Assembly: GCA_963787835.1 (NCBI GenBank)
Contig: CAWBEI010000002.1
Coordinates: forward strand, 1,376,001-1,440,000
Direction: 5' to 3'
DNA length: 64,000 nt
Source: Ignavibacteriota bacterium
GTDB taxonomy: Bacteria; Bacteroidota; Ignavibacteria; Palsa-1295
The notes beneath the pieces were generated by a model that had not been told where the DNA came from, made no database searches, and worked only from the letters and a program-made list of their open reading frames with translations. The position numbers were made by a program, and so were the translations under genes. Below are positions 56,706 to 64,000 of the stretch, in pieces. Every line of letters begins with the position of its first letter. Position 1 is the first letter of the stretch.

Positions 56706-59597
56706 CTATTTTAGAATGACCATCTGCCGGGTGAGCGTAACGCCGCCAGCAGTCATCTGATAATAATAGGTACCGCTTGCAAGGCCATCTGCCTTAAGCG
56801 TCACGCCGAACGTACCGGCATCGAAATGCTGATTGAGCACCGTCTGAACGACCTGCCCTTCGACATTGATGATGCTCAGGTTCACCATTCCACCAACCGG
56901 CAGCGAGATCGAAAGCTCACTCGATCCACTGAACGGATTCGGGTAATTCTGATCGAGGCTATAGCCATTCGACTCTGCAACCGTGGATACGCCCGCCGTT
57001 GTGCTGGAGCCCGATAAGCTCACGATCGGTGTGGGCGATACAACCCCAGCTTGGTTCGGGAAGTTCACGGTCGCAGTATCGATGCCTGCTTTGGTTGGGC
57101 TATAGGTGAAGTACTCGTTCGCACTTCCGCCGCCCGCAATGGGGGTTGTGCCACCACTTGAGTAAGTGAATACAGAGTTCGTTGCGGTCTGTCCCGGTCC
57201 TGGCGTCCACGGGCAGGTTCCGGTATTGTTGATGACCACAAGGAAGGAATCGGAGGTCATGCCAACCGTGGTGAGCGGTGCGGTTCCCGAGCCACCAACG
57301 ACTGCGCTGCCGCCGGTCGTCGTGAATGGGAACGTTACTGTGGCACCGCCCGTGATATTCAGAGTTCCGGCAGCCGGACCGATACCACTAAAGGCAACTT
57401 TGAACGTCGCTACGCCGCCCGTATTTTCAAGAGGCGAGCTTGACGAGCCAACGAGCGTATAACCGGCACCCGTCACAATGGCGGTATAGGTTTCCGGAAC
57501 GTTACCCGTATTCATGACGGTAAATACCGCGGTATCCGGCCCGCATTGTTCGGTAAGGAATGGTTGTGTATTGACTCCAGTATCATTAACCAACAATCCA
57601 TACACGGAAAGCGCAAGCGATGCGGAATCCGAAACGCCTTCACCGGAAGAGCCATACAATGTCATGAGGGCCGTTCGTATGCCAGAGTCATCGGGCGAGG
57701 CACACTCGGTAAACGTCTGATGCGAATAGGGCGCCAAAACGATCGGCCATTGGAGTTGGAGATATCCGGCGTCAAAATTATTGACATTCGCACCCGAAAT
57801 GACTCCCTTTGTAATGGTGATGGTAGTCGCACCGCTATTCCAGATGGTGTCCGTTACGCAGCCTTGTACATCACCAACCATCACGTTCCCATTGGTAGCC
57901 GGTCCTGTGATATAAAACCCGCCCGTTGGTACACCCGTGCCAATAAAGTTAACCACGAAGGAACTGGTATCCTGCGGCGGTTTCGTTTGGGTGAGCGGGA
58001 TATTGGTGGTGATACGCAGCGATGCCAAGCGATAACCCGGCTTCAGCGGAGTGAAGCAAACCTGAATGTTCTGCGAGCCACCTGGTGGAATCAGCGTGTC
58101 CGGGCCCGTCAGCGGCGTAAGGCTGAAATCGTAATCTGCGCTTTGGAAGTAATTGTGCGTGATCGCGATCGTGTCAGAACCCGGGTTGGTCAACAGGATC
58201 GTCATGCAGGAATCCACGCCGACCGGAACCGAATCGAAATTAATCGTGATGGGGTTCGGATAGGAATTATTGATCGTCAGGTGTGGCAGGATACCAACAC
58301 CATCCATAGTAACGGTGTCGGTCGGGTTGTTGAGGCCTGTGGAACCGATCACCATGTGTGCATCCGGCAGGCCTTCGAAATCCGGTGTGAAAATAACGCC
58401 GATAGAATCGACTCCGCCCGGTGGAATCGCGCCCGCAGGCAAGTGCGTGACAGAATAATCCGTGGAATTTAGTCCGTAGAAATAGACACTATTTACGACC
58501 AGAGGTCCCAGCCCTACGGAATTGACATAAAGATACTTTACACTGGATGTCTTGGTTAACTCAACGTTCACACCGCGGAACATATTAGTTGCGCTGTACG
58601 AAACGGCTGGAACCGCGCCAATCCCCATCAAGTTAACTTGCTGGGTTCCAGAGTCCAGGCCATTGGTTGCGACGTAAAAGGTTCCGAGGAGCGAGCCATT
58701 CGAAAGCGGCAGAAATTGAATGCCATATTGAACGGTGCTGCCCGGCGCAACGACGCTGCCATTTTCAGGGCCACTGACGAGCGAGTATGCAGAAGAGCCT
58801 GAAAAACTAGTGCTGTTAATAATGAGCGGTGCAGAACCGACATTTTGTACATAGGCGTACAGTGTGACCGGTGCATTCGGCGTAGCGGTTCCAAAGTTTA
58901 GAGTTTTTGGTGTCAGCGCAAGCTCCGGCATCGGAGGCGGTGGGTACGCGGTGATCGTCACATTCGTGATCGCGGCATCAGACAAACCCGGACCCGGATA
59001 TTCATCGTAATTCCCCAAGAAATTGATCTGCAGATCCGAAGTCCGATCCTCGACGGGAATGAGAATGTGATAGTGCTGCCAGTTTGAAGAAGAGGAAGAT
59101 GCTACATCGTAGTTATAATCGTCGGGGTTGTAATACGTGTATAACTGGTCGGTTGTACCGCTTACAAGCACATCCGAGTTAGCGTCGATCTCGAATTCAT
59201 CGAGCGTATAGCCAAAATCATATTGATATTCATAGTCGTACCCATTATACTCCCAGAACATATCGAAATCAACCCATACCGAATCGCCTTCGGCCGTATA
59301 AGAACTCGCGTCCACCGACGGCGTGGTCAACGGTTGGTCGTTATAGTCCCAAATGTCATCCATGGCAGATCCGCCGGACCCATTCGGATTCACCGAGTTC
59401 CAGAACCATTGTCCCGGGTATTGATTGTCGGAGCCCCAATTTGCAGACCAACCGTCGGGCAGGCTATTCGAAGTAAACGACTGCTCCGTAAGAAGTCTTG
59501 CATATTGCGCCGAGGCGTTCGATGCACAAAGCGTGGCAAATAGTAACACAGCCAGCAGGCGGAAGCCTGTCGGCAAGAATCTGTTCCAAGTTTTCAT
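56706..59597 (-). CDS. T9SS surface protein with acidic/aromatic N-domain and Ig-like repeats, paralog A
   Basis: Signal peptide; Tyr/Asp/Trp-rich N-domain; sorting domain nearly identical to paralog B. Confidence 0.85.
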   Translation of the reverse strand: MKTWNRFLPTGFRLLAVLLFATLCASNASAQYARLLTEQSFTSNSLPDGWSANWGSDNQYPGQWFWNSVNPNGSGGSAMDDIWDYNDQPLTTPSVDASSYTAEGDSVWVDFDMFWEYNGYDYEYQYDFGYTLDEFEIDANSDVLVSGTTDQLYTYYNPDDYNYDVASSSSSNWQHYHILIPVEDRTSDLQINFLGNYDEYPGPGLSDAAITNVTITAYPPPPMPELALTPKTLNFGTATPNAPVTLYAYVQNVGSAPLIINSTSFSGSSAYSLVSGPENGSVVAPGSTVQYGIQFLPLSNGSLLGTFYVATNGLDSGTQQVNLMGIGAVPAVSYSATNMFRGVNVELTKTSSVKYLYVNSVGLGPLVVNSVYFYGLNSTDYSVTHLPAGAIPPGGVDSIGVIFTPDFEGLPDAHMVIGSTGLNNPTDTVTMDGVGILPHLTINNSYPNPITINFDSVPVGVDSCMTILLTNPGSDTIAITHNYFQSADYDFSLTPLTGPDTLIPPGGSQNIQVCFTPLKPGYRLASLRITTNIPLTQTKPPQDTSSFVVNFIGTGVPTGGFYITGPATNGNVMVGDVQGCVTDTIWNSGATTITITKGVISGANVNNFDAGYLQLQWPIVLAPYSHQTFTECASPDDSGIRTALMTLYGSSGEGVSDSASLALSVYGLLVNDTGVNTQPFLTEQCGPDTAVFTVMNTGNVPETYTAIVTGAGYTLVGSSSSPLENTGGVATFKVAFSGIGPAAGTLNITGGATVTFPFTTTGGSAVVGGSGTAPLTTVGMTSDSFLVVINNTGTCPWTPGPGQTATNSVFTYSSGGTTPIAGGGSANEYFTYSPTKAGIDTATVNFPNQAGVVSPTPIVSLSGSSTTAGVSTVAESNGYSLDQNYPNPFSGSSELSISLPVGGMVNLSIINVEGQVVQTVLNQHFDAGTFGVTLKADGLASGTYYYQMTAGGVTLTRQMVILK

Positions 59598-59631
59598 AAG
59601 AATTTCCGAAATGTAATGATGAGTAAATATT

Positions 59632-59732
59632 GACGAAGAACAAGGATCGACCGTTGAACAAAGATTGACCGAAGAACAAAAGGTTTAAAACAGACCGAAA
59701 AACAAAGGATCGAAAGAAGAACAAAAGAAACC
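59632..59732 (-). repeat. five imperfect ~18-25 nt tandem units (TTTGTTCTTCGGTCRATC) in the 5' region of T9SS gene
   Basis: GAAGAACAA(A)-type core repeated on the plus strand. Confidence 0.7.
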
Positions 59733-59836
59733 CTGACACGCATACGACACGGGAATCACCTCAAAAGTTACATCATTTTTTCAGATTATTCATTATTTTT
59801 CAATAATTTAAACCACGGTTAATGGGGCAGGTCTGT

Positions 59837-60715
59837 TTAGATCGGGCTTTGTTGGACCACAGTATATCCCAGCTTTCGCAGCCCCTCAACAATACCTTTC
59901 TCACCGGCAAGATGCCCTGCTCCCACGGCAATAAATGCATGGTGATGATCGAGTATGGCGGGCAGCGCTTGCAGCCATTTCTTATTGCGGTCGTATAGCA
60001 TCGATGCCATTTCATCTGGGGAGAACGCACCCAGCGAAGGGTCATCCAAAATTTCCGTGATCTTACCGGCACGGTATTCATTAAGCATGGTATCCATCTG
60101 CAACATGGCTGATTTGGGATGCTGCACCAGATCGACAAGCTCGCTCACTTGCTCATCGATCGGGATCGAGTCGAGGACCTGTTCCTGATCGTCCGCGCTT
60201 TCCAGGCCGATCACCTTTGCACCGTTTTTCGCCGCTTCCTGTTCGAAAAAAAGATCCATCGGAATGCCCGAAACATGATTTTCCGGATGAGCCTTTTCAT
60301 ACATTCCTTCCAGGATCATCGAATAAATAACGATGGGTTCGGCATGATTCAAAAGCATCAGCGGAGCGGGTGAGTACTCTTTTACAGCTTCGGAGACAAG
60401 GTGATATTGCTTCTTCGAGAGCAAGCTATCGAGCGGCGGAGCATCGAGCAGGCCTTCGAGCACATCGGTTGTCATCATGCTGTCCAATGCCAATTCACCG
60501 ACGACGATATCGGCCCGTTTCAGCGCAGCCATAAGATGCGGCATGGTATCGACGTAGCCGCCTTCGAGCAAATGCATAGTTCCGAACAAATAGGTGGTAT
60601 CCGCGGAGCCAGGCCGCGTGACCTGGTAAAATGGCAGTTTGGATGCCACGCTGGTGGTAGCACCATGATGGAGCGGCGAACAAAAAAGCAGGGCAGATAA
60701 AAAAGTAAGATACAT
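59837..60715 (-). CDS. TraB/GumN-family protein
   Basis: YLFGTMH, GLES, RNKKW, FIAVGAGHL.G. Confidence 0.9.
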   Translation of the reverse strand: MYLTFLSALLFCSPLHHGATTSVASKLPFYQVTRPGSADTTYLFGTMHLLEGGYVDTMPHLMAALKRADIVVGELALDSMMTTDVLEGLLDAPPLDSLLSKKQYHLVSEAVKEYSPAPLMLLNHAEPIVIYSMILEGMYEKAHPENHVSGIPMDLFFEQEAAKNGAKVIGLESADDQEQVLDSIPIDEQVSELVDLVQHPKSAMLQMDTMLNEYRAGKITEILDDPSLGAFSPDEMASMLYDRNKKWLQALPAILDHHHAFIAVGAGHLAGEKGIVEGLRKLGYTVVQQSPI

Positions 60716-60786
60716 ACTGATGATTAAACACTCATTACCTGAGTTCCGTCCGCTTCCGATCCCAATCTCAATCATAATATGAAGTT

Positions 60787-60869
60787 TGTCATTCCCGCGA
60801 AAGCGGGAATCCAGACCCACAATTTGCGGCCAATCTCGAACTTGGATTCCCGCTTTCGCGGGAATGACA
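60787..60869. repeat. REP-like palindrome with ATTCCC-N8-GGGAAT arms (dRS3-like)
   Basis: TGTCATTCCCGCGAAAGCGGGAATCCA and its perfect inverted copy. Confidence 0.9.
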
Positions 60870-60980
60870 GATGGCTCATGCACAACGCGACTTTTTGCCC
60901 GCAAAGGAATTCTTTCGCGCCTGCATTGTTCATAAGCCCTCCTCAAAAAACGGAGCTATCCTCAAAACAAAGAGTTATAA

Positions 60981-61391
60981 ATGTTTACTTTACTCGTACT
61001 TCTGATCCTTCTTGTTTGCGTCGCAATGACGCTTGTGGTGCTGGCACAATCCTCAAAAGGGGATGGACTTTCGGGCGCGCTGGGCGCTCCGGGGTCGGTT
61101 GGTGCTGTGTTCGGCGTACGCCGCGCATCGGATTTTCTCCAAAAAACCACCATCTGGATGGGAGCAACCTTCGTGGTGCTCTGCATTTTTGCCAATTTAT
61201 TCTTCCTCCCGACAGACAACAAACTTCCGAACGTGGTTTCTGGGGGCAAAGTACCAACGACACAACAATCTCAGCCACAGCCGCAACAGGCTCCGCCACA
61301 GCAATCGGCTCCTGCCGCAGGGGCATCAGGCCCGCCTCCGGGCGCGGGGCCGCAGGGCGCAGGTCAGGGCAACCGTCCGATGGCTAAGTAA
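60981..61391 (+). CDS. secG: preprotein translocase subunit SecG
   Basis: VLAQSSKGDGLSG, FG.R...DFL.KTT; two TM helices. Confidence 0.93.
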   Translation: MFTLLVLLILLVCVAMTLVVLAQSSKGDGLSGALGAPGSVGAVFGVRRASDFLQKTTIWMGATFVVLCIFANLFFLPTDNKLPNVVSGGKVPTTQQSQPQPQQAPPQQSAPAAGASGPPPGAGPQGAGQGNRPMAK

Positions 61392-61392
61392 A

Positions 61393-61463
<71 letters not shown>

Positions 61464-61467
61464 TGCC

Positions 61468-62607
61468 ATGAAGGTAGAATTTTATAAGCATCCGCTCGGT
61501 GATCAGGAAATTGCGAGCCTCGCCGCCGTTATCCATTCCACATTCCTGACTACCGGTCCGAAAACCAGGGAATTCGAAGCAGCTTTTGCAGAGATGATGT
61601 CTGCACAGTATTGTGTCGGCGTCACAAGCTGGACGATGGGCGGATTCATTGCTCTAAAAGCACTCGGCATCGGTGAGGGCGATGAGGTTATCACCACTCC
61701 GATGACCTTCATGGCGACCGGTAACATTATAATCGAAGCCGGCGCAACCCCAGTCTTCGTGGATGTGGAACCCGAAACGGGGAATATCTCCTGCGATGCC
61801 ATCGAGCAGGCGATCACGCCACGCACCAAAGCCATACTTCCCGTTCATCTCTACGGCCAAATGTGCGATATGCGCCGCATGAGAGAGATCGCAATAAAGC
61901 ACAACATTGCTATTATTGAGGATTCCGCGCATTGCGTTGAAGGCGTGCGCGATGGAATTAAACCGGGCGGTGCATCCGATATGAGCGCCTTCAGTTTTTA
62001 CGCCACGAAAAATCTTGCATCCGGCGAAGGCGGCGCGATCATCACCAATGACCACACCCTATACGAAAAGTTGATGGTACTTCGTCAGCACGGCATGAAT
62101 AAATCTGCTGCCGACCGTTACTCTGCCCGTTTCAAGCATTACGATATGGAGATGCTTGGCTACAAATGCAATATGTTCGATGTGCAGGCAGCTATGCTTC
62201 TGCCGCAGCTTACCATGCTGAACGAACGCCTTGCACGACGCGAATATATCTGTCAAAGATATGAAGCCGGGTTCCGTGGCGCGGAAGGAATATCATTCCC
62301 GGTCGTATTACCCAACTCTGTTTCTGCGCGGCACTTGTTTACGATCTGGGTCGATCCCACCATACGCGATTCCGTTCTCAGCGATCTTCAGGATCGGGGC
62401 ATTGGCGTTGCCGTTAATTTCCGTTCCATCAACCGGCTTTCCTATTACCGCGAGCATTTCAACATGCCCGAAGGTACGTTCCCAATCGCCGAGCGCATCG
62501 GCGATTCCACGATCACGCTTCCGCTCTATACCAAGCTCACCGAAGAAGAAATTGATTATGTGATCGCGCAGACGAAGGAGTCGGTGCAGAAGCTTTCCGC
62601 GGTCTGA
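61468..62607 (+). CDS. DegT/DnrJ/EryC1/StrS PLP-dependent sugar aminotransferase
   Basis: GDEVIT, PVHLYG, EDSAH, FSFYATKNL..GEGG. Confidence 0.93.
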   Translation: MKVEFYKHPLGDQEIASLAAVIHSTFLTTGPKTREFEAAFAEMMSAQYCVGVTSWTMGGFIALKALGIGEGDEVITTPMTFMATGNIIIEAGATPVFVDVEPETGNISCDAIEQAITPRTKAILPVHLYGQMCDMRRMREIAIKHNIAIIEDSAHCVEGVRDGIKPGGASDMSAFSFYATKNLASGEGGAIITNDHTLYEKLMVLRQHGMNKSAADRYSARFKHYDMEMLGYKCNMFDVQAAMLLPQLTMLNERLARREYICQRYEAGFRGAEGISFPVVLPNSVSARHLFTIWVDPTIRDSVLSDLQDRGIGVAVNFRSINRLSYYREHFNMPEGTFPIAERIGDSTITLPLYTKLTEEEIDYVIAQTKESVQKLSAV

Positions 62608-62688
62608 ATCCTTCGCCCCATCGAGTTTGGCCATGGGAAACGGCACTGAACGGATGTCCGTTATGGGATAAACAACATTACTCACGAT

Positions 62689-62892
62689 ATGCTGGCCAAG
62701 TCTTTGACACCAAAGCCCAAACAGACTGCGCTCAAGGCGATTAAGCACTTGAAGGATTCCGCCTCGTACGAAGAGATGATGTATGAGCTGTACGTGCTCC
62801 AGAAAATCGATAAAGGCCGTGAAGAACTGCGGACGGGGCGCTCCGTGAGCCACGCAGAAGCACGCGAACGATTAGGAAAGTGGCTGCAATAA
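62689..62892 (+). CDS. small antitoxin of addiction module
   Basis: YEEMMYELYVLQKID.G...G..VSH.EA; overlaps the toxin gene. Confidence 0.75.
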   Translation: MLAKSLTPKPKQTALKAIKHLKDSASYEEMMYELYVLQKIDKGREELRTGRSVSHAEARERLGKWLQ

Positions 62893-63170
62893 CATGGTCG
62901 CTTCTGGCACTGGCCGATATTTCCGAGATCGGGCTTTTTATCGAGCGCGACTCGGCCCATTATGCCGAAGTGATCGTAACCCGGTTGTATTCGAGCATTG
63001 ATCGGTTAATTGAGTTCCCACTATCCGGCCGCATCGTTCCTGAGCTTGAGACCAAATCTATCCGCGAACTTGTCATCGAAGGCTACCGGATTATCTACGA
63101 GATCGATTCGATAGGGATCGTGACGGTCATAAGCGGTCGCCAGGATCTTCGCCGAAAGCTCGCAAAATAA
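62880..63170 (+). CDS. RelE/ParE-family toxin
   Basis: WS..A..D, FPLSGRIVPE, IREL...YRIIY. Confidence 0.88.
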   Translation: MAAITWSLLALADISEIGLFIERDSAHYAEVIVTRLYSSIDRLIEFPLSGRIVPELETKSIRELVIEGYRIIYEIDSIGIVTVISGRQDLRRKLAK

Positions 63171-63228
63171 GTTTTTATGCCCGACAGTTTCATCCCTTAT
63201 GCATCCAATGACCCAGCACAGACTTGTT

Positions 63229-63236
63229 TATATTTG
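63229..63236 (+). promoter_or_regulatory. TAnnTTTG -7 promoter element
   Basis: TATATTTG ending 45 bp upstream of ATG 63281. Confidence 0.5.
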
Positions 63237-63280
63237 TGACCTTTAGGTCACGATGAAGGTTCAGATAAGCAACCATTACA

Positions 63281-64000
63281 ATGTCCGGTAAAACCATCGT
63301 CATTTCTGTTGTACTCGGCCTGATTGCTGCGGGAATGTTCCTCGCGGAGTGTGCGCTGTTCCATTTTCCCTTTGAGACGGGGCTTGATGTGCTCTATCTG
63401 TCATGGATGACGATCGCTCCGGGTGTACTTGTTGTGCTTTTGTTACGTCAAAAATTTTTACTTGATCTTGCTGCATATGAAATTATTTCGATAGGCTGTG
63501 CTGTAAGTTTTGGAATTGCACCGATCTTGCTTGGGATAGGAGATAAGCTCGGTTTTGGTCATGGAATTCAACATCCATACGTCATTATTTACTTGATGAC
63601 TATTCCCGTAGTCTCTTTCTCACAGCGAATACCATGGAATGAATTTAAGAAGCTTCTTCCATCATTCAATAATATATGCATCTTTGCTATCGGCGCACTT
63701 CTTCTTTTTGCGGTATATAATCTCCAGCAATTTCATTATGGCGCAGATGGCTCTATCATTACTCATGGATTATTTGGAGTTGATATTCCCTTTCTGGCCG
63801 GGGAAGTACATGGCATCCGCGATTTCGGCACACTGCGCGATCTGCACCAAATGGGCCAGCCGTGGCAATATCACGATTGGACGTACCAACTCCTCGCGCT
63901 GCTCCCACGCGAGCGAACGCTACCTGATCTCGCCCTTGCAGCGCCGCTTGTTGGTTATGTGATGCTCGCGCTCTCGATCTTCACGCTTTCGCTTCGTTTG
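63281..64000 (+). CDS. polytopic membrane protein, runs off the window end (not in ORF track)
   Basis: Manual translation MSGKTIVISVVLGL... is open for 240 codons, with multiple hydrophobic helices. Confidence 0.75.
   Translation, partial: MSGKTIVISVVLGLIAAGMFLAECALFHFPFETGLDVLYLSWMTIAPGVLVVLLLRQKFLLDLAAYEIISIGCAVSFGIAPILLGIGDKLGFGHGIQHPYVIIYLMTIPVVSFSQRIPWNEFKKLLPSFNNICIFAIGALLLFAVYNLQQFHYGADGSIITHGLFGVDIPFLAGEVHGIRDFGTLRDLHQMGQPWQYHDWTYQLLALLPRERTLPDLALAAPLVGYVMLALSIFTLSLRL

Noticed and set aside
54176-59597. Diversity-generating retroelement template/variable repeats
   Set aside because: Differences between the duplicated tails are not adenine-specific and no reverse transcriptase is present.
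59632-59732. Possible mini-CRISPR array
   Set aside because: Units are adjacent and degenerate, with no unique spacers and no cas genes.
59464-59739. Phe-rich leader peptide suggesting attenuation
   Set aside because: The Phe richness is a by-product of the T-rich repeats; it overlaps the gene out of frame and has no link to Phe metabolism.
60716-60946. VIPAKAGIQ-containing extension of the TraB ORF and the ORF at 60779-61387
   Set aside because: Translation of the palindromic repeat and an alternative frame of secG.

Overview
A chromosomal window from an FCB-group bacterium, most likely Kapabacteria/Ignavibacteria-like (inferred from T9SS C-terminal domains, TAnnTTTG promoters, hprK and gatC). 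It is mostly housekeeping and envelope genes, often detached from their usual operons: murI, sdhCD, kdsA/kdsD/lptC, pcrA, hprK, rplKA, kdsC, nrnA, atpC, pth, rplY, rlmN, gatC, yicC, ribD, secG. It also has five T9SS-type secreted proteins, an ECF sigma/anti-sigma/OmpA/adhesin operon, four toxin-antitoxin-type loci and many REP-like palindromes. The most unusual feature is an island architecture that occurs twice (5.4-8.8 kb and 35.4-39.6 kb). Each copy has a ~1.03-1.05 kb unit carrying an apparently inactive RecA/DnaB-fold ATPase paralog with a conserved hairpin leader, flanked by 20-bp direct repeats (TTCYYYNRGAMAYWGGTGCC). The unit is followed by unrelated AT-rich defence-like cargo and closed by a shared 83-bp element. 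A fifth, inverted 20-bp site borders a third defence-like island at ~23.06 kb. No recombinase, tRNA, rRNA or CRISPR array was seen. Other notable items are a 65-aa stand-alone GyrA-N-terminus look-alike, a 24-bp micro-element inserted inside other repeats, and a shared motif upstream of two ribosomal-protein operons. All family assignments come from motif recognition by eye, not database searches.
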